Positions 34,247 through 46,960 of a stretch of 64,000 bases of DNA are shown here, piece after piece. This stretch comes from Eledone cirrhosa (lineage: Eukaryota). A program made the translations under genes and the position numbers. The notes under the pieces are model-generated. The model ran no database searches and was not told the DNA's origin. It saw only the letters and a list, made by a program, of their open reading frames with translations. Where the stretch lies: positions 1,178,001 through 1,242,000 of the forward strand of contig OZ024749.1 of the NCBI GenBank assembly GCA_964016885.1. Reading direction: 5' to 3'. How positions within the stretch are numbered: position 1 is the first letter of the stretch; each line of letters opens with the position of its first letter.

Positions 34247-37200
34247 TCTTATACTGGACTAATCCCACTCTCTAAACAATGAACACCGCTGTCTTACACT
34301 GGACTAATCCCACTCTCTAAACAATGATCACCGCTGTCTTATACTGGACTAATCCCACTCTCTAAACAATGATCACTGCTGTCTTACACTGGACTAATCC
34401 CACTCTCTAAACAATGATCACTGCTGTCTTACACTGGACTAATCCCACTCTCTAAACAATGATTACCACTGTCTTATACTGGACTAATCCACTCTCTAAA
34501 CAATGATCACCGCTGTCTTATACTGGACTAATCCCACTCTCTAAACAATGATTACCGCTGTCTTACACTGGACTAATCCCACTCTCTAAACAATGATCAC
34601 CGCTGTCTTATACTGGACTAATCCCACTCTCTAAACAATGATCACTGCTGTCTTACACTGGACTAATCCACTCTCTAAACAATGAACACCGGTCTTATAC
34701 TGGACTAATCCCACTCTCTAAACAATGATTACCGCTGTCTTATACTGGACTAATCCACTCTCTAAACAATGATCACCGCTGTCTTACACTGGACTAATCC
34801 CACTCTCTAAACAATGATCACTGCTGTCTTACACTGGACTAATCCACTCTTTAAACAATGATCACCGCTGTCTTATACTGGACTAATCCCACTCTCTAAA
34901 CAATGATCACCGCTGTCTTACACTGGACTAATCCACTCTCTTAACAATGAACACCGCTGTCTTACACTGGACTAATCCCACTCTCTAAACAATGAACACC
35001 GCTGTCTTATACTGGACAAATCCCACTCTCTAAACAATGATCACCACTGTCTTATACTGGACTAATCCCATTCTAAACAATGAACACTGCTGTCTTACAC
35101 TGGACTAATCCACTCTCTAAACAATGATCACCGCTGTCTTACACTGGACTAATCCACTCTCTAAACAATGATCACTGCTGTCTTACACTGGACTAATCCA
35201 CTCTCTAAACAATGATCACTGCTGTCTTACACTGGACTAATCCACTCTCTAAACAATGATCACTGCTGTCTTACACTGGACTAATCCACTCTCTAAACAA
35301 TGATCACCGCTGTCTTATACTGGACTAATCCACTCTCTAAACAATGATCACCGCTGTCTTACACTGGACTAATCCCACTCTCTAAACAATGATTACTGCT
35401 GTCTTACACTGGACTAATCCCACTCTCTAAACAATGATCACCGCTGTCTTATACTGGACTAATCCACTCTCTAAACAATGATTACTGCTGTCTTACACTG
35501 GACTAATCCCACTCTCTAAACAATGATTACCACTGTCTTACACTGGACTAATCCACTCTCTAAACAATGATTACTGCTGTCTTACACTGGACTAATCCCA
35601 CTCTCTAAACAATGATCACTGCTGTCTTACACTGGACTAATCCCACTCTCTAAACAATGATTACCGCTGTCTTACACTGGACTAATCCACTCTCTAAACA
35701 ATGATTACTGCTGTCTTACACTGGACTAATCCCACTCTCTAAACAATGATCACTGCTGTCTTACACTGGACTAATCCACTCTCTAAACAATGATTACTGC
35801 TGTCTTACACTGGACTAATCCACTCTCTAAACAATGATCACCGCTGTCTTACACTGGACTAATCCACTCTCTAAACAATGATCACCGCTGTCTTACACTG
35901 GACTAATCCACTCTCTAAACAATGATCACTGCTGTCTTACACTGGACTAATCCACTCTCTAAACAATGATCACTGCTGTCTTACACTGGACTAATCCACT
36001 CTCTAAACAATGATTACTGCTGTCTTACACTGGACTAATCCCACTCTCTAAACAATGATCACCGCTGTCTTACACTGGACTAATCCCACTCTCTAAACAA
36101 TGATTACCACTGTCTTATACTGGACTAATCCACTCTCTAAACAATGATTACCACTGTCTTATACTGGACTAATCCACTCTCTAAACAATGATTACCGCTG
36201 TCTTATACTGGACTAATCCCACTCTCTAAACAATGAACACCGCTGTCTTACACTGGACTAATCCCACTCTCTAAACAATGATCACCGCCGTCTTACACTG
36301 GACTAATCCACTCTCTAAACAATGAACACTGCTGTCTTACACTGGACTAATCCCACTCTCTAAACAATGATCACCGCTGTCTTACACTGGACTAATCCCA
36401 CTCTCTAAACAATGATTACCACTGTCTTATACTGGACTAATCCACTCTCTAAACAATGATTACCGCTGTCTTATACTGGACTAATCCCACTCTCTAAACA
36501 ATGAACACCGCTGTCTTACACTGGACTAATCCCACTCTCTAAACAATGATCACCGCCGTCTTACACTGGACTAATCCACTCTCTAAACAATGAACACTGC
36601 TGTCTTACACTGGACTAATCCACTCTCTAAACAATGATTACTGCTGTCTTACACTGGACTAATCCCACTCTCTAAACAATGATCACCATTGTCTTACACT
36701 GGACTAATCCCACTCTCTAAACAATGATTACCACTGTCTTATACTGGACTAATCCACTCTCTAAACAATGATTACCGCTGTCTTATACTGGACTAATCCC
36801 ACTCTCTAAACAATGAACACCGCTGTCTTACACCGGACTAATCCCACTCTCTAAACAATGATCACCGCTGTCTTACACTGGACTAATCCACTCTCTAAAC
36901 AATGATCACTGCCGTCTTACACTGGACTAATCCACTCTCTAAACAATGATCACTGCTGTCTTACACTGGACTAATCCACTCTCTAAACAATGATCACCGC
37001 TGTCTTACATTGGACTAATCCCACTCTCTAAACAATGATCACTGCTGTCTTACACTGGACTAATCCACTCTCTAAACAATGATCACTGCTGTCTTACACT
37101 GGACTAATCCCACTCTCTAAACAATGATCACCGCTGTCTTACACTGGACTAATCCCACTCTCTAAACAATGATCACTGCTGTCTTACACTGGACTAATCC

Positions 37201-37452
37201 ACTCTCTAAACAATGATCACCGCTGTCTTACACTGGACTAATCCCACTCTCTAAACAATGATTACTGCTGTCTTACACTGGACTAATCCCACTCTCTAAA
37301 CAATGATCACCGCTGTCTTACACTGGACTAATCCCACTCTCTAAACAATGATTACCGCTGTCTTACACTGGACTAATCCCACTCTCTAAACAATGATTAC
37401 CGCTGTCTTACACTGGACTAATCCCACTCTCTAAACAATGATTACCGCTGTC
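34247..37452. repeat. 44/45-bp satellite, about 72 monomers
   Basis: CTGGACTAATCC(C)ACTCTCTAAACAATGATCACCGCTGTCTTACA repeated. Confidence 0.98.
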
Positions 37453-37542
37453 CAAACAGAAAGACAAGAGGATGGCTGCCATTGAGTCGTAGGTTTTACA
37501 TCAGAGTTTTCCTTCTAGAATGATGTCCTAATAAAAACAAAG

Positions 37543-37589
<47 letters not shown>

Positions 37590-37601
<12 letters not shown>

Positions 37602-38654
37602 TGAGGTTGTCTGTCTGTCTATCGATTTTTGGCACACATCTCCTCTCAGAATCTCTCACGGAATTGCACCGAAATTGCTATACTTGTACATTGAGCCCTA
37701 GCGAAGACATCGGAAAAAAAATATTTCAAATTGACCCGCCCTATCTGACGAAATCGAATATAATGTATCGATTTTTGAGCGTAAGTGATCAGTTATTTCC
37801 CTTTGTTCTGTTTACATTGAGCGTCTGCGTGCAAAAATTAAAAAAATCACGCTGGCTTTCTCATCGTTTAAAATGACATTAACACAATACACGAACAGTT
37901 GTCGAGCCAGCAAAATTTTGACCTGCAAAATTCATCAGTTCGAACACTAAGCTTCCGTTTTGCTTCATTTCCATTTAAAAGCCTTTTAAAACAATATTTT
38001 TACTTGAAAACAAGTCTATTTAAAGACTACGTAAAACAAGCAAATATTTCGTAAAAAAAAGCAAAAATTATATAAGTTTATTTAAAATATATGTATCTGT
38101 AAATTTCGTTAGGCGTGCAGACAGACAGTCGTGCAGAGAGGTGATATACGCGTGCAGACAGATAGTCGTGCAGAGAGGTGATATACGCGTGCGGACAGAC
38201 AGTCGTGCAGAGAGGTGATATACGCGTGCAGACAGACAGTCGTGCAGAGAGGTGATATAGGCGTGCAGACAGACAGTCGTGCAGAGTGGTGATATAGGCG
38301 TGCAGACAGACAGTCGTGCAGAGAGGTGATATAGGCGTGCAGACAGACATAACTGATAATTTGGTTACGCTAATGTTTTTCTCTGCGCTGCAGTGTTTAC
38401 ATTTTCGATCTTTGTTAATAAATAACCAGTGCAGTTTTTATCCCCAGCATCCTCTTTTGTTATAACATTCGGGTTATCGTTATGTTTTCTTAACTTCATA
38501 AGGCATATTGTTGGTTGAGGGAATATTAATCAAAAACACCACATGCAAGTCTGCACAGTAGACACTACAGTTTTTAAGCCAAAAAAGAAACTTAACATTG
38601 TAACTTTAACACAGCTACTGAGCGACCCCGAGCAACGCCGGGCTTTACTGCTAG
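37590..38654 (+). mobile_element. Non-autonomous Helitron copy 1, with internal 37-bp tandem repeat x6 at 38113-38348
   Basis: 5' TATATAAAACTGAGGTTGTCTGTCTG; 3' hairpin CCCGAGCAACGCCGGG then CTAG|T. Confidence 0.8.
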
Positions 38655-39534
38655 TCTATCTATATATATAAAACTGTGGTTGTCTGTCTGTCTATCGATT
38701 TTTGGCACACATCTCCTCTTAGAATCTCTGACGGAATTGCACCGAAATTGCTATACTTGTACATTGAGCCCTAGCGAAGACATTGGAAAAAAGAAATTTC
38801 AAATTGACCCACCCTATGTGACGAAATCGAATATAATGTATCGATTTTTGAGCGTAAGTTATCAGTTATTTCCTTTTGTTCTGTTTACATTGAGCGTCTT
38901 ACGTAAAAAATTACGCTGGCTTTAACAGTTGTCGAGCCAGCAAAATATTGACCTGCAAAATTCATCAGTTCGAACACTAAGCTTCCGTTTTGCTTCATTT
39001 CCATTTAAAAGCATTTTAAAACAATATTTTTACTTGAAAACAAGTCTATTTAAAGACTACGTAAAACAAGCAAATATTTCGTCGTTAGGCGTGCAGACAG
39101 ACAGTCGTGCAGACAGACTGTCGTGCAGAGAGGTGATATACGCGTGCAGACAGACAGTCGTGCAGAGAGGTGATATAGGCGTGCAGACAGACAGTCGTGC
39201 AGAGAGGTGATATAGGCGTGCAGACAGACATAACTGATAATTTGGTTACGCTAATGTTTTTCTCTGCGTTGCAGTGTTTACATTTTCGATCTTTGTTAAT
39301 AAATAACCAGTGCAGTTTCTATCCCAGCATCCTCTTTTGTTATAACATTCGGGTTATCGTTATGTTTTCTTAACTTCATAAGGCATATTGTTGGTTGAGG
39401 GAATATTAATCAAAAACGCCACATGCAAGTCTGCACAGTAGACACTACAGTTTTTAAACCAAAAAAGAAACTTAACATTGTAACTTTAACACAGCTACTG
39501 AGCGACCCCGAGCAACGCCGGGCTTTACTGCTAG
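38655..39534 (+). mobile_element. Non-autonomous Helitron copy 2, head-to-tail with copy 1
   Basis: Starts TC immediately after the CTAG of copy 1. Near-identical body with deletions; same 3' hairpin and CTAG. Confidence 0.82.
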
Positions 39535-40112
39535 TATATATATAAAAACGAGGTTGTCTGTCTGTCTACTAAAACGGTCGGCACACATCTCCTCCTAAAC
39601 CGTACGTTCAAATTTTGGTGAAATTGCTACACTTATAGATGAAGGTCTGGCGGAGACATCGGTCAAAAAAATTTTCAAATCGACCCACGCCAAGTGCAAA
39701 AATCGAATTGAGTACAACATAGTTACAACATAAAATAAAATGTCTTGCTCAAGAACCTAAGTTTGGAGTAGTAAGTTATATATAGTAACACTCATCACTT
39801 AGCCATAATAAAGAATAGTTTAAACTCTACTTTGGTATTGAGTACTTATGTCTGTCAATACTCACACTGTCAATAATCGAATGTATTGATTTTTTCAGTT
39901 CAAATGTATAAATAGAGATGAGACAAGTTATTTCCCTTTTATGGCGTCATATGTTTATCTATTTACGTTACGAATAAACGTGCAAAGGTACAAAAATACG
40001 CGAACAGTTTTCGGGCCAGCAACATTTTAACCTGTAAAATTCATGAGTTCGAAGTTTCAACATTAAACTTCCATTTTACTTCATTTCCATTAAAAAGTCT
40101 TTTAAAACAATA
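39535..40112 (+). mobile_element. Diverged Helitron copy 3, 5' part, interrupted
   Basis: TATATAAAAACGAGGTTGTCTGTCTG...GGCACACATCTCCTC...; colinear with copies 1 and 2 but more diverged. Confidence 0.65.
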
Positions 40113-40430
40113 TTTCAGCGCATCAGCATCGCCATCACCCGAGGCAATGCTGCGAGTGTGCTGGCTTGCCTCAAAAGTCATTAGAGAGGTTGCCCAGTAC
40201 TCGCAACGTTGCTGTCTTTTGCTCTGGTGTTGCCTCCGTTGTTCACCCCTTCCTTTACATTTTCTTTAATATTGTAGCATTGAAGGAATATATCTTTCAT
40301 TGTATCATCCTTTGTAGTGTTACCGAGGCATTTGTAATGTTATTTATGTATATATTTAAAACATATTTGTTGTTATTCTACTGTAAATTTATTTATATGC
40401 TCTGTTTATATTTTCATTCTCACTACCCTA
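40113..40430 (+). mobile_element. 3' tip of an REL-endonuclease non-LTR element (CRE-like)
   Basis: 40113-40184 encodes FQRISIAITRGNAASVLACLKSH*, matching the QRLSxAIQRGNA C-terminal motif. Confidence 0.65.
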
Positions 40431-41131
40431 AAAAATCTATGAAACTACATGTTGCAACTCTCTCTCTCTCTATATATATATATATCACATATATACATAT
40501 ACATCTAAAGAGAGAAAGGGAGATGTAGAGAGAGAGGGTGAGATGGGTCGTTATACAGAGAGAGGTACAAGATAATCAGATAGAGAGACAGAGAATAGCG
40601 ACGAATGCTGGTTCACACACACACACATATATATAAAGACAAAGAGAGAGAGATCTGCGCGTTCTTTATTGTTCTCCATTCTGTAGAGGAAGAGAGAGGG
40701 GTATGAGTGAGAGAGAGAGGGTATGAGAAAAAAGGGAGAGGCGTTGAGAAAGAAAGAAAGTTTAAGCAAAGAATCGTTGCTTTCAACATTAACGGGATCT
40801 TCTGAAACTAAAAAATTCAATCTGTGAACGCAGAATTAAATATTTCGAGAAACGTTGCAACCAAAGGAAAACAGGAAGACAATATTTTGGTTCGTGAAGA
40901 CGTTCCCTGGTAATGAATGAGAAAAAAGCGAGGATAATACGTCGTTATGTGGACCAAGAAGAAAAATTTCATGCAAAGACAAGACCAAGATGAGAGACGA
41001 GTTATTTCCCTTTTATGGCGTCATTTGTTTATCTATTTACGTTACGAATAAACGTGCAGAGGTACAAAAATAGGCGTTATGCAGTTACAAAATTAACTTC
41101 TCAACCACACAGCCATGCCTATACACATACA

Positions 41132-41213
<82 letters not shown>

Positions 41214-41659
41214 GCACACATATCTATGGTTAGAATCAGTCCACAAGTTCCCAGGTCTCATTCGCTTACCAAGTGGGGTGGCACTTGCCAAACTGAATCA
41301 AAGAAACAATGTGTTCTTTCCGTTGGTGATACTACCAATAGTTACAACATAAAATAAAATGTCTTGCTCAAGAACCTAACACATCACGCAATCTAGGAAT
41401 CAAACTCACAACCTCACAATTGAGAATCCAATTATTTAACCACTAAACCACGCACCTTCACACATATCTATATATACATACAAATATACATATGTGAGTG
41501 TGAGTATTGACAGACATAAGTACTCAATACCAAAGTAGAGTTTAAACTATTCTTTATTATGGCTAAGTGATGAGTGTTACTATATATAACTTACTACTCC
41601 AAACTTATCTGTTATACCAAATTACATAATATACATGTATACCGTCGATTTACTAACTT

Positions 41660-41900
41660 AGTATTCAAGACACTTTACTTCACGTTCCAGTTTACTCAGC
41701 TGTAGAAATGAGTTGTGATGTCACTGGTGCCAAGCTGTATCAACCATTGCCTTTCAACATTAGTGGCATGGAGAGGGGAGACTGGTATACATGAGTGACT
41801 GCTGGTCTTCCATAAACAACCTAGCCTGGACTTGTGCTTCAATGGGGAACTTTCTAGGTGCAAATCCTTTGGTTATTCTTGACCGAAGGGGGACTTTAAT
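41660..41900 (+). mobile_element. CORE-like SINE fragment with a different 3' body
   Basis: CAAGACACTTTACTTCACGTTCCAGTTTACTCAGCTGTAGAAATGAG followed by sequence unrelated to the RTE tails. Confidence 0.6.
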
Positions 41901-41955
41901 TCAATATATTCTTCAATGTACATACTAACCATATAAAAAATATTACTATCATGCA

Positions 41956-41986
<31 letters not shown>

Positions 41987-42110
41987 GCACACACACACAC
42001 ACACAAATACATAGGCACATATATATATATATAGAGAGAGAGGGGGGAATATATAGAAATCTTTGCCTGTTCTTTTCAAATCTTCAATAAAATAAACACT
42101 CAATAACAGA

Positions 42111-42670
42111 ACCATCTAAAGCATTAATCTCCTTTCATTTAAAACACCTATGAAACCTCCCATGAGATATAACCTTGCAGTAGACCAACTAACCCTGCAG
42201 ATATAACCTTGCAGTACTTACACACACACACACGTCCTGTAGAAGTCATTTATACATAGAGTTCATCCATCCATATCCTCTCTTAACTCAATATAGTTGT
42301 GGTTGTCTTAAAAAATACATATAGTCAACTGTGTTTGAAAGAAAATGTTCATGAAATACTCCATGTACAATAAAATGTAGAAATTATTTGATGTCTCTAC
42401 ACAATGTGTACCAACACATTGTGTAGAGACATCAAATAATTTATGTATTTTTTAAGACATATGTATTTTTTAAGACAACCACAACTATATTGAGTTAAGA
42501 GAGGATATGGATGGATGAACTCTATGTATAAATGACTTCTACAGGACGTGTGTGTGTGTGTAAGTACTGCAAGGTTATATCTGCAGGGTTAGTTGGTCTA
42601 CTGCAAGGTTATATCTCATGGGAGGTTTCATAGGTGTTTTAAATGAAAGGAGATTAATGCTTTAGATGGT
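42111..42670. repeat. Perfect 212-bp inverted repeat with a nested perfect 29-bp hairpin
   Basis: 42111-42322 is the exact reverse complement of 42459-42670. Inner arms are 42381-42409 and 42414-42442. Confidence 0.96.
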
Positions 42671-43409
42671 GTCAATATGAAGACACAAAGACATCAACAC
42701 AAACATATGTACACACACACACATATATATATAGACACACACACATATACATAATTTTTACATCCGCTTTTCCATGCTTGCATGGATATATATATATAGA
42801 GAGGGGGAGGAGAGAGATAAAGAGATAGGGAGAGAAAGAGACATACAAAGCCAGCTTTAGGTGGTGCAAAGTTCAATTGGCCTTTGTGTGTGTGTAACAG
42901 GGCTGGACTTGAGACAATTCAACAGGTCACCCAGCAACATAGCAATATATGGATATACTTCCATATATCTTAATCAAATGAAATAAAAAAAATTGTTTAA
43001 CTGTTCCTGTCTTTAATTTTTTCTTCAGTTGTAGAAACATACCTCATAAAAATAAAATTGTATAAATTCTGTCAAAACCCTTCGTTGTATTATCTATATA
43101 TAAATTTCTGTGATTCTGTCACAACACGTAAAGAGAGAGTAGTTTGACTACCTCATACTACTCCTCTCTCTTTACATCTGCTGCCTGTGTGAATGTGTGT
43201 GTGTGAATGTATGTCTGCGAGTGTGTGTTTTGTGTGTCTGTGTTTGCCAGTTTATATATACTCATATATATAAATGTATGCATATGCACACACATATACA
43301 CGTAAGTGTCAGTATATGGAAAATAATTCTAGTTACATTTTATAAATTCTGTCAAATCCATTCATTGAATTATTATGTTTTCCCCCAAAGATTGACATAC
43401 ATTTTCTCC

Positions 43410-43643
43410 TAAAATCTTTTCTATTTATTCATCTTCTCATTCTCCTCTATCTTTCTATTCTTTCCTTTCTCACTAATTTCTGATGAAGGACAAATGTCTG
43501 AAACGTTAAAGCTATTATATCAAGTGTTAAATTAATATACATTTTCATAGTACAATATCGTTTGCTTTGTTGTTTTCTATTTATTTAGGAAAGAATAGAA
43601 AGATAGAGGAGAATGAGAAGATGAATAAATAGAAAAGATTTTA
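43410..43643 (+). mobile_element. Penelope-like fragment: hammerhead motif bracketed by an inverted repeat
   Basis: TTT-CTGATGA-AGGACAAATGTCT-GAAACGTT-AAA at 43477-43510; 43410-43466 is inverted at 43588-43643. Confidence 0.6.
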
Positions 43644-43659
43644 TATATATATATATATA

Positions 43660-44470
43660 TAGTGAAAAATGGAACGGGAACAAAACAGAGAGGCAGTATG
43701 AACAAAGGTTTATTAGTTTCACGCTCTTGAGTGGGGAGGGGGGCGTTTCGGGCACAAGCCCTTCTTCAGGCGAAAAGTGTGTGGGAATAGAGTTCCGAGG
43801 GTATGTAGGGGAGTGGAGGAGAGACATTTAGAAAAAGGGGGTGGTGAGGAAAGGGAGGAAAAACGGTGGAAGGGGTACAAATAAAAGTAAATATAAAAAA
43901 TATAAAAATAAACATGAAGGTAAACAGGTGGTGGAAGGGTGTGGGGCGTGTAGGGGTGGTGGAGGGTGGAGTGGGGAGAGGGAGGCGGGGTGACCGAGGG
44001 CTGAAGGTGGTGTATGTGTGTGTGTGTAGGTGTACGTGTGTAGGTGTACGTGTGTGAGTGTGTGTGTGAGAGTGTGTGTGTGAGAGTTGGGGGAAGAACG
44101 AAGTTCCATGTTCAGGAAAAGGTGTGTGTGGGGGGTGGGGTGTAGATCGGTGTGTGTGCGCGTGGATGGGGAGGGGTCAGAGGGTGGGGGGGGGGGGGGT
44201 CAGAGGGTGGGGGGGGGGATTCCGGAGGCTGAGTGTGTATATATGTGGGGGTACGCACGTGTGTGAGGTGTTTATATTTATTGTGGATGTAGGTGGCGTG
44301 GTTCTAAAAAAATTTTTTGTGAGTGTATGTCCGTGGGTAAGTTCCTAAGGTAGTTACGTAGAGGGTGTGGTCAGATGCCGGATATTTTCCATGTGATGGA
44401 GTTGACAGTGGGAACGATGGTCAATGGTGTGTAATTCGTTGTTGTGTTGGTCGGAAGAGGGGAGATGTGA
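43660..44470 (-). mobile_element. Penelope-like element fragment with hammerhead-like core
   Basis: Minus strand CTGAAGAAGGGCTTGTGCCCGAAACG at 43744-43769; the terminal ~75 bp recur at 52383-52462 (+). Confidence 0.55.
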
Positions 44471-44968
44471 TATACACACATTACAGGCTTCCTCACAATT
44501 TCCACCCACCCAATTCCCTGACATTGGTCAGCCTGAGGATATAGTGAAAGATAGTCAAGCTACTACACAGAGGGATCAAACATGAAACCACATGGTTGTT
44601 AACATGGACTCTGTTAACCATACAGCCAGGCCTGTAATTTAGTAGTATTTCACCACTACTATGTCGACCCAGTCTATTTTAGGTAACTTCATTGCTGTAC
44701 ATTATACAACATTATTAATTGCATCAGTTACACCAATATTTAATCAATATTTAGAGCTAAATTTAATCTGGACACAAACAATTTCTTTTGCTGTTTAAAG
44801 AACATTGTTGAATTACTGTCTATGCACTTGCTGCATTCCTTCCATGGCAAATTGGTAGAGAACTGGACAAAATGTTTTGCAGCATTTAGTTATGACTTTA
44901 TATTCTCAGTTCAAATCCTGCTGAGGTCAACTTTGCCTTTCATCCTTTTCCAGGGGTGGATAAATTAA

Positions 44969-45176
44969 CCCTTTACCATTTACATTACTCTATATTTACT
45001 ATTGTATTTTCATGGTAAACACTTTATCTCACATAATATTGAATCTATGAAATTTTGATATCGTTTATTTCGAGAACAATACCTTAACATTAGTATGAGC
45101 AGCCAGTTACAGCCGGTTTAAACAGAAAGAGGTGAGAGGATTCTGGTTGAATATGGCCAGTTTAAATGCTAAAGGG
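44969..45176. mobile_element. piggyBac-type MITE inserted into a SINE family 2 copy
   Basis: TTAA-flanked and homologous to 3089-3293; it splits the SINE sequence GGATAAATTAA|AGTAGCAG. Confidence 0.85.
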
Positions 45177-46129
45177 TTAAAGTAGCAGTTGAGTACTGAA
45201 GCCAGAATAACCAATTTTCACCTTCACTTGAAAATTATTGGCCTTCTGCATATATCAGAAACAATTATTATTATAGAGAGGTTAAATTTGCTTTTCATCC
45301 TTACGGGGTCGATAAAATAAAGTACCAGTAATGCACTGGGTAATTGCTGGCCTTGTGCCTAAAGTAGAAACAATTATTATAGAGAGTAGTGGACTGGCAG
45401 AATTGGTAGAGCATTGGATAAAATGCTATTATTAAATTTCACAAAAATCAACTTTGCCATTCATGATATGAAACTGCATGAAACCATTCTTGGTTCTAGA
45501 ATACAAACTGTTTCAGTTTTAAATGTTTAAATTTATCTAAAACCTCTCATCATCATTTCATATACGAACCTTTCTTTAGTTATGTCCCAAACACCAGTTT
45601 AACCCTTTAGCATTTAAACAAGCCATATCTGGCCAGAATTCTCTCACCTCTTTCTGTTCAAACCGGCCGTAACTGGCCACACATGATGATGTTAAGGTAT
45701 TGAGAAAGCTTTTACTGGGGATACATTCCAGAACCAACCATGATATATAGAGACAATAAAGACAACTGTTGTTTTCATAGTTTAAGCCTTTAAATACCTC
45801 TTCTACATGCTTTAAGTACATATAAACTCATTAAGACACACTTTTGTATTTAAACACCAAAAACACCCAGTAATGATCATATAGAAACTACCACCAACGA
45901 TCATACCACTAGTTACCAATGACGACCATACCAGTCACGGTAGCCACTTGGTAATACACTGCACATCTGTCAATCTATGAAGGGTTTGTAGTAGATTAGA
46001 GAAAAACACAATCAGTAAAACAGTAATGGAATAAAAAATATAAACATAGTTAAAGCCTTAAGATGTCTCTTCCTTAAGCTATACACTTCAATCACATCGA
46101 AACTTATTTAATAGGTTTAAAATTTAAAC

Positions 46130-46293
46130 ACTTTTTATTCAGACGTACCGCAATAAGAAAATAGATATGTTCTAACCAAAAATCCGCGATGTGGCGAGAA
46201 TTACCGCGACAGGAAATTAGATACGTTCCAAAGAAAAATCCGCAATGTAACAGGACCATAAAAAGTGAACTACGATATAGCGGGGGATTACTG
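46130..46293. mobile_element. Tigger/pogo-like DNA transposon end
   Basis: ...GCGGGGGATTACTG|TA terminus. Confidence 0.4.
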
Positions 46294-46494
46294 TACAGAG
46301 TAATGTAAATGATAAAGAGTTAATAAAGCAAAAGTTAGTAATATAACCAAATCCTTAATCTTGTTGAGGATACAATGGCTTCTCTAGAACTAGTTCCACA
46401 ATAAAAATCCTCCAGTACACCTCGTAAAGTGATAATGGTGGTGACATGATAAAAAAAAAAATAAATAAATAAAAAATAAATAAATCCAAAAAAA

Positions 46495-46960
46495 AAAATC
46501 ACCCAGTTCACCTTGTAAAGTGGTATTGCTGGTGTCATGACAGAAAGCACCCTGTCCAACATGTAAAGTGGTACTACAGGCGCTACAATTAAAAACACCC
46601 AGTTGACCATGTAAGGTGGTAATGCTGGTGTCACAATTAAAAACACTAGTGCTGGTGCCATGATAAAAAGCACTGCTCACCATGTAAAGTGATGATGCTT
46701 CTGGTGTCAAGGTAAAAAGTACCCAGTCCACCCTGAAAGGTGGTAGTGCTGGTGCTATGATAAAAAGTACCCAGTCCACCCTGTAAGGTGGTAGTGCTGG
46801 TGCCATGAGAACAAATACTCAGTCCATCTTATAAGGTGGTAATGCCAGAGTCATGATAAAAAGCAGTCAGTGCATGCTGTAAAGTGATTGCTGTTAGGGA
46901 GGGCATACAACCATAGAATCCAAATCAAAAATGGAACATATGAGCAAGACGTAGTCACCT
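46495..46960 (+). repeat. Tandemly amplified RTE 3'UTR / SINE module, about 50 bp x 7-8
   Basis: AAAAGCACCCAGTCCACCCTGTAAGGTGGTAGTGCTGGTGCCATGAT units followed by a decayed GTTAGGAAGGGCATCCAG motif. Confidence 0.7.

Noticed and set aside
34247-37452. CRISPR array or telomeric repeat
   Set aside because: The variable part is only SNP-level and there is no TTAGGG-type unit.
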